This document shows, in pieces, positions 50,261 through 63,697 of a DNA stretch of 64,000 nucleotides. The DNA lies in assembly GCA_951406725.2 (NCBI GenBank), contig OX597831.1, forward strand, positions 62,930,001 through 62,994,000, written 5' to 3'. The notes beneath the pieces are model-generated. The model saw nothing but the letters and a program-made list of their open reading frames with translations, was not told the origin of the DNA and did no database searches. Position numbers and translations under genes: made by a program. Within the stretch, counting starts at the first letter, position 1. Each line of letters opens with the position of its first letter. Source of the DNA: Octopus vulgaris. Its lineage: Eukaryota.

Positions 50261-53100
50261 TTCACTGAGAGCTATCATTTATAATAAATATGATGAATGT
50301 GTCAGTTGTTTATGTGTGTCTTTAATTAGTAATATCGTAGATTAAAAATGATAGCAGTAATATTTATAAGAGCGATGGCGTTTGTACCGATAACGATTGT
50401 AATAGCAATATTATCATGCATAACAAAAGCAATATTAATATTGTATGCAGTTGTGCCACCACACGTATTAATGATTTCCCAACAAATAATCAATACTTTT
50501 CAATGCTAATTAATACACTTCTTGAGAAGTAGTGATCGACATAAGATCAGAAATCTATTCTTTAAAAGCACATGGTTTGGTAGAATGGTTTGGCATGAGT
50601 GGTTGGATCTCGCATATGTTAGAAGCAAAGTGTTTGACTGAATGGAACAAATTGCTGGTAAATATGAAGGTGACCAGTTGTAAGAGCTTACAACTCGATG
50701 ACATCCATTAAATTCCAATAATTTTAGATTGCTCGTAGGGACACACGTAATGAGATCCATAAAATCACGAAAACTATTAACTATAAGATATTGATAATTA
50801 AGTTGAACAAAAGACATTCGGTCGTACTTAATTTTGTGTTAATAATTTTAACACATGGAACGCCAAAAAATTTACGAAAATTAATTACGTGGAGAAAAAA
50901 ATACAATGTCTATCAAATAACATTTTAATTATTTGGGCAAATACATTGGATAACTCTTAGCATGTTTTAGTCTTTTTATGACCTCATCATCAAAACATGT
51001 CTATCACTATATTTGGAGAAGTTATAATGAAATAATCACTAAGTAAATATACATACAGTTGTGTACATTATTTGATGTAGTATCATATTTGTATAACTGA
51101 ATTGTTTACAAAGTAAATGATAGTAGTAAAAAGCGAATAATTGAAACTATGAAAGTAGTATGTTGCTAGTAGCTACTGAACTAAGAATCATATCATTGGC
51201 TGAGATACACATAAATCGTCGGACATATAGCAGTTAATCATCTAGATACGGTAAACTGTTACCACGAAGCGAGGAAAAAGCTCATCGAATTTAATTAGTG
51301 TAAAAAATCTATGGTATGCGCGAAAAAATAGCGGCAAAATCTCCTTTAAATAACGTCCTATCATCTTTAAAAAACAAAAGACTTGCATAATGCATAATGT
51401 AAACTAGGAAACACTATTCTAGAAATATAGATAAGGTAGAGAGGATTTTAATGCTTTTCATCATAGGCCTATTCAATCAAGATCAATATAGAGCTAAACA
51501 AGAACTCCACTGAAAAAAGCTTTAAAACATCTGCTTATGATAAATCTTCGCAAAATGACAAAAAATAGGTATAAAATATATTGTATGCGTTCTTGAACCA
51601 TTATAAAATTGTGGGACATAATCGAGTAAATTTTCTAAAGTTAAGACTAAAATAACATGATGTATGAGTTGAATGACCTACAGAGGGAGAACTGAAGTAT
51701 AATATTGGAGTGTGCGAATAATTGAATGGATTAAAACAGTAAAATAAGACGGTGTAAGTGATAATTACTTGCTATCTTCCCTTACATTCAGTCTAACCTG
51801 ACTCTATAATGAACAAACTCCAGAAATAGTGCATCTATAAAATATTAGCTATAAAATACTTCAACAAGAACTTTCCTTTTCATCTTATTCTCATTTAATA
51901 GCTTTTGCGTTAAGCCTCAACGAATTCATTTTAAATATAATTAATTCAGTAAAAGATCATCTTCAACTTTATGAGACAGTTTTGTTGTGGTTTTATTTTT
52001 TGTAATAATTTTTACTGTTTTATTAAATGGGAAATGTTTTGATACAAATCTTTTTTTTTTTAAAGATTTTTAATTTTTATTTTTGGTACAAGATATTAGC
52101 CTTTGATGAAGTTTCTAAATTATATTTAAAACGACTTACGGGCAAAATTTCATAGATTTACACCGACGTTTATTACGATAGCAATCTATATTTTTCAACG
52201 TTTTCTGCTACTGAAAATCTGTGTGCGTATGTCCGTGTGTGTTTGTGTATGTATGATAGGTGAATGTTTGTAAACGTATTTTTGTGAGCATTTATCAAGA
52301 GTTATTTTATGTACACACATATTAAATACATGAAAAATTCTATCAAATGTTTTTCAATGCATAAATCTTTGAGGTGTTGAACTATATACTAGAATGTAGT
52401 TATAAACATAGACAACACTGGAGCTTACATACGCATATAAAATTCCCACTATATATATATATATATAGATATAGATATAAATAAATATATACACTTGTTG
52501 AAGTGCAGATATGCATAGTTGTCTACCAGTATTTGTGATATATATCATGTTTACACACAAGTGCATATGCACACAGATATGCACACAGATTCACACACAT
52601 GCACACACGCACACATTCTCACACATGCACACACTCTCACACACACACATATACATATATATACATATGCATATAAGTGTATTTACACATGTCGATGCCT
52701 GCTTTTATAGTCTGTTGTGTGTGCTGTATGTGCGTATATGTTTCTCTTTGTTCTTAATTAGTGCACAGCATATCAACCTTTCGTATTCATGTTCGATAAA
52801 TATGTGTAACGCCAAATATATATACTTGCATCATTAGTTGAATAATAAACTTACCTGTTTTTTTTTCCTGTTTTTTCTAGACTCCAAATTCAACTGAAAT
52901 TAGGGTGCTTATTAATGGGTATAACGTGAATGAAAATGACAAAGAAAAAATAATTAATTACTATAGGGTTTGGGATTAATAGGAAATGTTTGGGGTAAAG
53001 ATGAGACCTGTTAGTTACGTCGATAAGAATTTTCGTTACATAAGGCTGAAAAGGCTGATGACAAACATAGATTACATATTTTAATATTAAGTATGATATA

Positions 53101-53260
53101 AGAGGCAGCGAGCTGATAAAATCGTAACCACGCCGAGCAAAATACTTAGCGGCATTTCGTCCGACTTTACGATCAGTGTTCAAATTCTTCCGAGGTCAAC
53201 TTTGCTTCTCATCAATTTAGGGTCGAGGAAATAAGTACCATTTAAAACACTGGTGTCGAT
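53101..53260 (+). mobile_element. SINE family B-related, diverged
   Basis: AGGCAGCGAGCTG...GTTCAAATTC...GAGGTCAACTTTGC...AAGTACCA. Confidence 0.75.
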
Positions 53261-53270
53261 ATATATATAT

Positions 53271-53430
53271 ATGAGTGGCTGTGTGGTAAGTAGCTTGCTT
53301 ATCAACCACATGGTTCCGAGTTCAGTCCCACTGCGTGGCATCTTGGGCAAGTGTCTTCTGCTATAGCCCCGGGCCGACCAATGCCTTGTGAGTGGATTTG
53401 GTAGACGGAAACTGAAAGAAGTATGTCGTA

Positions 53431-53502
<72 letters not shown>

Positions 53503-53687
53503 TCCCATTAGCATTGCTTGACAACCGATGCTGGTGTGTTTACGTCCCCGTAACATAGCGGTTCGGCAAAAGAGACCGATAGAATAAGTACTGGGCTTAC
53601 AAAGAATAAGTCCCGGGGTCGATTTGCTCGACTAAAGGTGGTGCACCAGCATGGCCGCAGTCAAATGAAACAAGTAAAGGAGTAAGA
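53271..53687 (+). mobile_element. SINE family A
   Basis: Full-length match. Confidence 0.92.
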
Positions 53688-53730
<43 letters not shown>

Positions 53731-54004
53731 CTCAAACATGCTAGCCTTGTGCCAAAACTTGAATCAATATTATGTACAAGAATGATGAATAGGAAAAGAC
53801 GTTTGAGCAGATGAGGAATCACTTCTCGGTATTTGCTCCCATCCATGATGTTCTAAGGCCACAATTGCCTTTCTTCATGTTCTGAGTTCACATATTTTGC
53901 GACCTGGGAGGATTTAATCAGCTAATTCATGCCCTAAATATTTAATGATGTGTGTGGGGGGGGGGGTGCATGCACGGCCGAGTCAATTACTAGGTGTAAT
54001 ATTG

Positions 54005-54212
54005 GTTTCAAATTTTGGCACAAAGATAGCAACTTCGGAGGAGGGAGTGAGTCGATTACAGCGACCCTAGCGCTCAAATACTGCTTATGTTATCAACTCC
54101 GAAATTCTGAAAGGCAAGGCCCACTTAGGCGGAATTTGGACACCGAATGTAACGACGGACGAAACGCCGCCAAACCTTTTGCCCGGTGTGTTAACGATTC
54201 TGCCAACTCGAC
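54005..54212 (-). mobile_element. SINE family B-related, diverged
   Basis: GTCGATTAC...GAAAGGCAA...GGCGGAATTTG...GCCCGGTGTGTTAACGATTCTGCCAACTCG. Confidence 0.7.
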
Positions 54213-54385
54213 TCCAAATGATTTGAAATTCTAAACAGATGTGTCCACATGAATCATTTTGTGTGATGGGTTTATGTATGTGTCAGTAGGTGACTTTAGA
54301 TGTGGATGCGAGTGATGAGTTTATTGGCCGTGTGTAAATACTCTCCTTTTCCTTGTACTTTTCACCAGTTTCCTACAATCCGAAT

Positions 54386-54601
54386 GTGTGTGTGCGTGTG
54401 TGTGTCTGTGTTTGTCCCCCTAGCATTGCTTGACAACCGATGCTGGTGTGTTTATGTCCCCGTCACTTAGCGGTTCGGCAAAAGAGAGACCGATAGAATA
54501 AGTACTGGGCTTACAAAAGAATAAGTCCCGGGGTCGAGTTGCTCAATTAAAGGCGGTGCCCCAGCATGGCCGCAGTCAAATGACTGAAACAAGTAAAAGA
54601 G
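54386..54601 (+). mobile_element. SINE family A, 3' half
   Basis: Starts at (TG)n and matches the family tail. Confidence 0.9.
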
Positions 54602-54654
54602 TATATATATATATATATATAGATATATATATATACATACATACGTATATATGC

Positions 54655-54846
54655 ATTGGCGATGTTTTGTCCTCTGTCTTCCCTTTCTTGGATCTTTCCT
54701 CTTCCTTTGTTTCTGACGAAGAGCTCCGCTCGGAAGGTTAAATCCTCCTTTCTTTCCTTTCCTGAGCATCCAATAACACTATACTTGTTCCACGTCCTCG
54801 CGCTGTTGTGTTTTCTCTTTGTGTTTTCATGTTTGGATTAACTTTA
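54655..54846 (+). mobile_element. PLE-type solo tail with decayed minimal hammerhead
   Basis: TTT-CTGACGA-aGAGC-tcc-GCTC-GGAAG-GTT-AAA at 54710-54742, embedded between (TA)/(TACA)n tracts. Confidence 0.6.
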
Positions 54847-55080
54847 TATACATACACACATACATACATACGTACATACAAACGTACATACCTACGTGCA
54901 TACATACATGCATACATGCATAAATACATACATACATACAAACGTACATACATACATACATACAAACGTACATACATACATACATGCATACATACATACG
55001 TACACATACATACATACATACATACATACATACATACATACATACATACATACATACATACATACATAGACACACACACA
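54846..55080. repeat. (TACA)n microsatellite
   Basis: Visible directly. Confidence 0.97.
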
Positions 55081-55849
55081 GGAATATAGTATCGAAAATT
55101 AATTTAGCCATTAAAGAACACACAAAATATGGCTTCCTCTTTATCTCTTACTAGTATTGTCTACTACGCTGAAACGTTGAATAATTCCCACATTCTTCTA
55201 CACTTTGATAAATCACGTAATTCCACTGCATTGGTTTGCCATTTAGTTACCTTATAAATTTCATAATCAAACGCAGTTTTCTCTCAGCTTTCTTTCTTTA
55301 TTTCTTCGTTCCTTCATAACATTGATCTTTAAGTCAAGTTTATTACATAATCTTTCGAAATATTATATAATTTGTTCTATATTTTAACCTGTTGTACTTT
55401 TCTAAGCATGTAGCATTCCTCTTTTTGAAGGTGGGACTCATGAATCAACTGTACTTTTCCTCCTTTTCCTTCTTGTTCTCCCGGCCCGTTGCATTTTATT
55501 TATCTATTTACTGACATTTTTATTAAAAGCTGTTATTGATATCCTCCTAACGAGGACTGTACAATCGGAGACATGGTTTTCTTAATCTCATTGAATTATA
55601 CCGAGTCTGTTACACTTAGACATCATTAAGGTTGCTGCTATTATATCCTTTGTATCATGTGTATTTAATTTAATCATAAAACCCGGCGGGAATGACTGAC
55701 AATATCGAATAAAATGCTTTGTTGCATTCACTTTCTTCTAATTTCTGCTCTTATTTCATTCGAAGCCATTTTGCATTTTAGCATTTCCAGATTTATAAAA
55801 TGCTTAGAATACGAGATTTTGCGATTATATTAGAAATAGATATAGTTGT

Positions 55850-56212
55850 ATGCGCAAGCGTTGCTATGTGTTAAGAAGCTTTCTTCTCAACCATACAGTT
55901 CCGGGTTTAGACCCACTGCATCGCACCTATTATTACATCGGGCGTATCGAAGCCTTGCAAGTGGTTTTGGTAGACGGAAACTGAAAGAAGCCCGTCGTGT
56001 GTGTGTGCTTGATGTGTATCTCGGTGTCTATGTTTGTCCGCCCCCATTGCTTGACAACCGCTGTTGGTTTGTTTAGAACTACGTAAGTTAGTGGTTCGGT
56101 ATAAGAAGCCGAGAGTTTAAATTGCAGGCTTTAAAGAAAAACAAATCCTGGGGGCGATTTGTTCCACTAAAACCCCTTTCAGCATGGCCACAGTCAAGTG
56201 ACTGAAACAATT
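55850..56212 (+). mobile_element. SINE family A, diverged
   Basis: GGTAGACGGAAACTGAAAGAAGCCCGTCG...GCTTGACAACCG...GACTGAAACAA. Confidence 0.8.
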
Positions 56213-56214
56213 AA

Positions 56215-56662
56215 TTTTATTATCTGCGCAGCAGCAGTTGGCGCATTGCCTAATCAATCTGGTAGGTTTCTAAGAGATCAGTAGCGAATTTTTTGCTCTC
56301 TTTCAGAATAGAGTGAATTTTTTTCGGTCTTTCATGTTTTTCAACACGATTTAGCATCAATTCGTTGGTTGTTTCAAGGTATTTGGCCAGTCCGATTGTG
56401 GTGGTTTTGTACGTAAGTTCAAGCTGGATCAAGCACATTGAAGCTATAAAGAACAACTGGGACTGCTAAGGAGTTTATGGCTAACACCTTATTATAGGCA
56501 TTCAGTTCAGACTTCAGGACTGCTCGAAATCTTTTGTAACATTACTTCCCAACTTTCTATTTCATGCTTGCATGCTGGATACCAGAGCCTTCATTTATTC
56601 CTAGGTATTTATAGGTTTGTTCCTACTCAAGTTCCTTCATTACTGTTTCAACATCTAATTCG
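56215..56662 (-). mobile_element. R4/Dong-clade LINE fragment (RT/thumb), internally deleted
   Basis: TYKYLGINEG...LKSELNAYNKVLAINSLAVPVVLYSF fused to LIQLELTYKTTTIGLAKYL. Confidence 0.8.
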
Positions 56663-56730
<68 letters not shown>

Positions 56731-56811
56731 CATCATCATCATCATCCTTATTATTATTACTATTATTATTATTATTACTATTATCATCATAATCATTATC
56801 ATCATCATCAT

Positions 56812-56843
<32 letters not shown>

Positions 56844-56891
56844 CCATCATCATCATTATCCCCATCATTATCATCAACATCATCATCATCG
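56663..56891. repeat. (ATT)n/(ATC)n compound microsatellite
   Basis: Visible directly. Confidence 0.97.
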
Positions 56892-57515
56892 TTTTCCGAT
56901 TGAATTGCATTTTATTTCATCTTATGATCGGGTCTCAACATGAGACTTAAGGAGCATATATATTAAATGGAGAGAAACTTACTGAGAGTGTGGGCGGTAG
57001 ATGTCCAGAATTTTTTGAGTTTCATAGATTGTTGGTTTCCCAGGGAATTAATCAAAAACTTGTCAGTACCTTTCTTGATCATTCCCAGAGCACCTACAAC
57101 AGCAAGGATGGTTTTGGTCTTTAATTGCAACGTCCTATATATCTCAATCTCATGGTCCTTCAACATGTTTTCGAATTCTTTCGCTGAGATATTTCGATCA
57201 GTAAGCACTGTTATGTCTATTAACAGGTATTTTCTTTTGTTTTAGATCTTTGACGACGATGTCTGGTCTGTTAGCATTTACTTGCCTCTCTGTATGTATT
57301 CCATTATCCCATAAGATGGTAACATTCTCCCCCCGGCTCAGTGACTGGCTCTGGATGGAGTTCATACCAGTTCTTAGGGTGCGGAATATCATAGTGACGG
57401 CATACATTCCAGTGTAGGTATTGGCCAATTCGGTCATACCTAGTTTTATATTCTGTAGGGACAAGAACGTTGCCGGTTGCAACGATATGGTCAATACTCT
57501 CAAGTTTGTCTTGCA
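56891..57515 (-). mobile_element. R4/Dong-clade LINE 3' end (zinc knuckle, restriction-like endonuclease, 3' UTR)
   Basis: ESIDHIV...EYKTRYD...LHWNVC...WYELHP, ILWD..IHTERQVNANRPDIVVKD and VVGALGMI...TAHTLSKFLS. Confidence 0.9.
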
Positions 57516-57890
57516 CAACTTCTAACGCTGGAGATGTATTACAGTGTCAGCTGTTCACTGCCAGTGTACTAAGGTAACACCACTTATTGTTCGAGCACCT
57601 TCTGGAGTATTCGAGTGGTTCCATGCAGTGCTGTTTTCTGCAAGTGCTCCACTCTTATTGAAGCCCCTATTTCTTCTACATACTTCTCGAGATTTTTGCT
57701 CACTGTTTCCATGCCTCCAACAATTATTGGTACTACTGCTACTTTTTCCTAAGCTATCTTAACATATCTCTCAACTTTTCTTTCTTCCTCATCGCATACC
57801 TTGTTGTCAGCTGGGCATGTTTATCTATGATCCAGCATAGTTTGTTTCGTTTCTCAATTAACACTATGTCTGGCTTAGTAATTTGGTATC
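57510..57890 (-). mobile_element. Second R4/Dong-type family, 3' end
   Basis: KPDIVLIEKRNKLCWIID...CPAD...VVPIIVGGM...LQKTALHGTTRILQKVLEQ*. Confidence 0.85.
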
Positions 57891-58296
57891 ATCATCATCA
57901 TTATCATATTCTAATAATAATAATAATAATAATAATGAAGATGATGATAATTCACGACCAATTGTTTTTGTGTAAACTATTTCTCACTGTTTATATTTCT
58001 ATATTTGAGTATGAAATATTTATATTCTCCAAAGCAAAACCCATTAATTCGAATTAATATTAAAATTTTACTTCAACATCTGAAGATAATATTAAACACA
58101 CATGCATTTTGAAATTTTTCGTCTGTGCTCCATAAAATATATTAAGATATAACTATATCTTAAGTTTATATTTTTCGAATAGTTTATTATGAATTACATA
58201 CACATATTAGTGTTGAAATATTATATTTCATGTGCAATAAAGGTCAATAATCGTTTATGAATGCCAATCCATGCAATGCAAACCGTATACAAGTAG

Positions 58297-58618
58297 TATA
58301 TATCTCTCGTGGAAGCCTCATCCAACAAAATTGCAAATATATGGGAAACTACCACCTGTGTCATCTCTTGTGAAAGGTAGAAGAGTCCAGTTTTCTGAAC
58401 ATTGTTGTAGAGCTGAAAACAAGGCAATTTCTACTCTTCTCATCAGGAAGCCATCCACTCGCAATACCAGAGGGCGCACACTCTCCTACTCTGATGTAAT
58501 CTCCAGGGACGCAGGCATCCAGCAACAGGACCTCCGTAATGCTATGATGGACCGTGAAGTCTGGCGTAGCATGGTAAATTCCATTGTCTCGACCACAGTC
58601 GAACAATGATGATGATGA
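58297..58618 (+). mobile_element. RTE-type LINE 3' fragment with (TGA)n tail
   Basis: LSWKPHPTKLQIYGKLPPVS...RRVQFSEHC...AMMDREVWR, followed by TGATGATGATGA. Confidence 0.85.
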
Positions 58619-59187
58619 GTATATATTTTATCGACTTCTGCAGGAAAAAAGTAAAATTTGGCTGTGGTCGGCTGTGAATCAAATAGGTTAAGACATGAAA
58701 GAGAATATTGCAATATAGTTATTCCACCTTGAAGGAGTTCTACGATATCATCGCCATCTTATTATTGGTATGATAGTAAATATTTCTGGTAAACATCATA
58801 AATATTTTATAGTTTTATGAGTACCATATTCGTTGATTTTAAAAAATTATAAACAGTATGTATAACATGCAAGTTTTTAATTCGGTTTGACAGGCAGTTA
58901 TATATTTCCGAATAGCAGTAATATGTTAAAAATTTCCAATTAGAATTCTATCGTAAGCAACCGGCAATTACAATGGTAGCAATTAAAAATATAATTCTTA
59001 AATTCAACGAATGTCATATTCATTATTGCTATCTCAGAAAACTAGTTAAGCATAAATAAAAGTTTAAAAAGAACGCAGTATTAAAAATACATGCTCGCTA
59101 GTTATATTCCAACTAAATTGTAGCTAAGTGACTCACTCCTTTCACAAACACTAACTTCGTTGCAATACTCACTGTCAAAAATATCAC

Positions 59188-59241
<54 letters not shown>

Positions 59242-59448
59242 TCTTGGACTGGTCCTTAGAAAATGTTTTCTTGAATATTTTCTTCTGGACTAAATTGCCC
59301 ATGCATCGATAGTCATGATTTTTCTACCACATGTTACCTAATACACAGCATACGAATGGTTAAATTATCAGTATTTTGATTCATTTGAAAACAAATTCCG
59401 GTTTACTGCTTAACACTTAAGATGTTGAGGGTAAATGTTTACATAGCT

Positions 59449-59684
59449 TAGGTGGCGAGCTGGCAGAAACATTAGCACGCCGGGCGAAATGTTTAGCAGT
59501 ATTTCGTCTGCCCCTACCTTCTGAGTTCGAATTCCGCCGAGATAGACTTTGCCTTTCATCCTTTCGGGGTCGATAAATTATGTACCAGTTACGCACTGGA
59601 GTCGATGTAATCGACTTAATCCCTTTGTCTGTCCTTGTTTGTCCCCTCTATGTTTAGCCCCTTGTGGGTAATAAAGAAATAGGT
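59449..59684 (+). mobile_element. SINE family B, full length
   Basis: Consensus match. Confidence 0.92.
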
Positions 59685-60883
59685 ACAGTTTGAAATCCAT
59701 CTGGTGCAAATATTCTAATTAGACATGAATTCTGACATCGCATTTTTTTTGCTAATTTTCTGCACCCAGCCTTTAATTTGTTCATTTATTGTCAAAATAT
59801 TTCATATATTGTTCATCATATTCGTAAGGTTATTTCTCTAATGACGATTAATATGATTTCAATTCACAAACCTTTTTCAAGTTCCTTGTAGTATGTCATG
59901 TCATCATATTGCATTGCAGGGAGCAAATCAAACATAATAGAAAAGCATAAAACGTGTTCAAGTTTCTTAAGATATCAATCTGACAACTGATTTCAAATCG
60001 GTTATACTATTAAGAAACGATTAGATAACACATCTTTCAAATAAATTTTCTTGCCCGCATCACAGATATGTGAAGGAATAACGCATAGCCTTTGTAACAC
60101 AGTTAAATATGTTATTTCCTTTAAACTTCCCTCTGTCATCGGCACCTGATAACGGAGGGAAGCAAAAAGAACCTTGAATCCAGTAAAAATTTTAGATGAA
60201 ATCTCGTTGTTGCCAAAATCAAATTTAAATGACTCCTAATGAAGTTTATAAAATACCACAAGAATATAAAGACAGAAAATAAATTCACGTGAACCGATTT
60301 TTTCCATATTTCCCTATGCAAATATGATAAATAGATTAAGGTCATCTGGTAGTAATGTTATTTCAAATTCATCGCCAGAGCGAAGCACGAATTGGTTCAA
60401 AGGTAATAAAGCAGATAAAAGGGTAAACAGTGCTTTTTTGTTTCCTTTAGTTTGCAGTGGATGTTTTAGCGTAAATGTATTTCATAATAGCTAGTTTCTG
60501 AATAATGGCTGGGCTGCAGTTTGATGGCGCGTGAAAATGTTTTAATGATGTTTCTATATCAGTATAAATTATGTTAAACACAAACTTAATCCGCTTGTTA
60601 ATTGCCATCACTGGAATTCCAAGAAGAGAGACATATAACAAATATATTTTCAGGTCTTTTACAAGCTTATACCATACCAAAAATGAAAAAGTTAACATTA
60701 TAGGCACAGGAGTGGTTGTGTGGTAAGAAACTTGCTTCCCAACCTCATAGTTCCGGGTTCAGTCCCACTGCGTGGCACCTTGGACAAGTGAATTCTACTA
60801 TACCCTCGGGCCGACCAAAGCCTTACGAGTGGATTTTGTAGGCAGAAACATAAAGAAACCCGTCATATATATATATATATATA

Positions 60884-61389
60884 CTAGCAGTATCGCCCGG
60901 CGTTGCTCGGGTTTGTAAGGGAAATAACTATATAAGCATTTTTAGAGAGTTACTTCCCTTATAAATTCGGGCTTTCTTAGCCATTTTTGTTTTGGTGTCT
61001 TCAAGCCATGAAGTCGTTGTTCTAAAAGAACGCTGGTTTCCTTCACAACGCATTACGACGTTGATTTCTTTACACTCCCTTCCCCACAGCTTCACGAGGG
61101 AGGGAAGGGGGAGAAGCAAACAGGTGCAGCTGTGAGCGTGGACGCCAACTCCGCCGCCATCGACACACGATGCATTTTATGCATTAAAATGGAATAAAAA
61201 ATGATGTTAAATTATTTTTAAAATCGTAAACTCATCGTTGACGCACGCTAATAGTCAGACGGGCTCGATATGAATCACGACTATAAGATACCAGAATTTG
61301 GTTAAACTGCACCGCAAAATGTGGGAGGAGTTAGGAATCTAAATCGAAGGGGACAGACACTCACACAACTAGAGTTTTATATATATAGA
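60884..61389 (-). mobile_element. Non-autonomous Helitron
   Basis: Minus strand begins TC (TCTATATATATAAAA) and ends CCCG-AGCAACGC-CGGG hairpin...CTAG. Inserted between A and T with no TSD. Confidence 0.85.
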
Positions 61390-61392
61390 TAT

Positions 61393-61455
<63 letters not shown>

Positions 61456-61625
61456 ATATTAGGGAATAAATCCAAATTTACAGGGAAAAAATCAGATTTA
61501 GGATTAAATCCAATTTTATAGTAAAATATTATAAAATATTATTAGAGACAAAACCACTATTTTGCAAAACAAACAAGGAAAGACTTAATCAATACATAAA
61601 ATTTTAATAAATAGTCAAAAAACCG

Positions 61626-61668
61626 CCACTACAATTGTTTCTTGTCTTGATCGACAATCTTCAGGTGG
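61626..61668 (-). ncRNA. Minimal type I hammerhead ribozyme (left arm)
   Basis: Reverse-complement copy of 61706-61748. Confidence 0.8.
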
Positions 61669-61705
61669 ACTTCCAATAAGTCATTGAAACTGACTTATTG
61701 GAAGT

Positions 61706-61748
61706 CCACCTGAAGATTGTCGATCAAGACAAGAAACAATTGTAGTGG
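61706..61748 (+). ncRNA. Minimal type I hammerhead ribozyme (right arm)
   Basis: CCAC-CTGAAGA-TTGTC-gatcaa-GACAA-GAAAC-AATT-GTA-GTGG. Intact core, palindromic helix III, GUA cleavage triplet. Confidence 0.85.
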
Positions 61749-61870
61749 CGTTTTTTTGACTATTTATTAAAATTTTATGTATTGATTAAGTCTTTCCTTG
61801 TTTGTTTTGCAAAATAGTGGTTTTGTCTCTAATAATATTTTATAAATATATATATATATATGTATATATG

Positions 61871-61904
<34 letters not shown>

Positions 61905-63466
61905 TGTATATATGTTTGTGTGTCAGTGTTTGTCCCCTCCACAATAGTCTGATAACCGCTGTTGGTATGTTTAATTCCCCATGACTTAGCGTTTCAGCAA
62001 AAGACCGATAGAATAAGTACTAGGCTTACAAGGAATAAGTCCTGGAGTCGATTAGTTTGACTAAAGGCGGTGCTCCAGCTTGGCCGTAGTCAAATGACTG
62101 AAAGAAGTAAAAGAATAAAAGAATTGTCTTATATTTTTGCTGCAACTCTGAGTAATTGCTGTCACTAGTATATCAGTCTTCGCCAGTATAGTAATAACTT
62201 ATCCTTGTAAGTCGTTGTTTCTTTTCAAAAGTTTAATAGTTTTCCTCACCACAATAAAGAAGATAAATAATGACTTCTCTGCGGCCTCTACTGCGGCTTT
62301 TCATTATCAGAAACCACCTAGCTATAGATTGGGGATTATTCGGTGCCCTACAAAATGATGTTTCCTCTATTACAGAGAAGTAATTTGAAATATACGCACA
62401 CAGCCTACATTTCGTCACTCTGAATAAGAACATAATTTCATTCGCATATAAGAAGGACTTCAGGTTTTAAGAATCCTCGGATTCTGTGTTGGAACAATAG
62501 CTTTTCGCAAATTTTCTAATACATCTTCTGATTTACCGGTCTCTTAGCAAAAGTGAGGACCGTAATCTATATTGTCACGCGTCTCCAAATATTACAAACA
62601 CATTTGCAAACCAGAACCTTGTCGGCAAAAAAATGATTTAGAATGGGCAAGTGAATGTAAGTGCCTCATTTGCCAACTTTCTCACTATTACGGATGTCTA
62701 ATTTCATGAAATTCTTTTATTTTTCTTAATGGTTTACAGGCATTCATTGTTAAATGTATAGTTTTCCATTGCATCAACACCAATGTTACAATTCAAATAC
62801 GTATATATCTCCTAAATGTACTTTCTGTAGTCACTGAGCGGCGTATGGTAAAAAAAGGTGACAGACGTAATATAAGATGTTGGAAATAAAAAGTTATTTT
62901 ATATTTCAAATTTAGATTTATCGTATTAATTTCAAGTTTGAAATGTTTAAGGTAAGAGGTAACAAGCATGACATTTAAAGAAACAGCAATTTTTGTTTTT
63001 CATCAGTAAAACATCACAGCAGTAGAGCTGTAGAATGTTCCAAATGTGTCGTGATGACAAACGTTTTCTGAATCGAATCGAATATTTAACATTAGATAAT
63101 TTGGTTTCGTTGAAGAAAAATAGAATTGCATTATTGACTGAAGAACAATACCAACTGTGTAAATGTGGTGACAGTTTAAACTCTTGGGTATCGTTGAAAG
63201 ATCCAAGACATTTGATTCCGAAAATTATACATTTCAGAAAGTGTCATTTTCTTAAACTCAGCGATGGAGATATTTAAGATATAACACAAGTAAAAAGAAA
63301 ATTTATTACACCTTAATTTTCACGCTGCTCTTATCACTTATTAAACCTATTACATTAAAATGTTGGTAAACTACATTTTTTTACCTACTAGAGAGAATTA
63401 GAGAGAAATTGAATTACAAGCTTAAGCTTATTTTATGTAATTCTTGAAAGCTGGGCCTCTGTGGAT

Positions 63467-63632
63467 AGGAGTGGCTGTGTGGTAAGTAGCTTGCTAACCA
63501 ACCACATGGTTCCGGGTTCAATCCCACTGCGTGGCTTCTTGGGCAAGTGTCTTCTGCTATAGCCTCGGGCCGACCAATGCCTTGTGAGTGGATTTGGTAG
63601 ACGGAAACTGAAAGAAGCCTGTCGTATATATG

Positions 63633-63697
<65 letters not shown>

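Larger units (their letters stand above)
61529..61845. repeat. Near-perfect inverted repeat, 155-bp arms, 7-nt spacer
   Basis: 61529-61683 is the reverse complement of 61691-61845, with one mismatch seen. Confidence 0.95.
60702..62123 (+). mobile_element. SINE family A split by nested insertions (5' half 60702-60865, 3' half ~61900-62123)
   Basis: Both halves match the consensus. A Helitron and a palindromic element sit in the internal (TA)n. Confidence 0.85.

Noticed and set aside
63035-63277. 80-aa ORF after an acceptor-like TTTTCATCAG
   Set aside because: No recognisable domain or supporting exons, and the length is within chance expectation.
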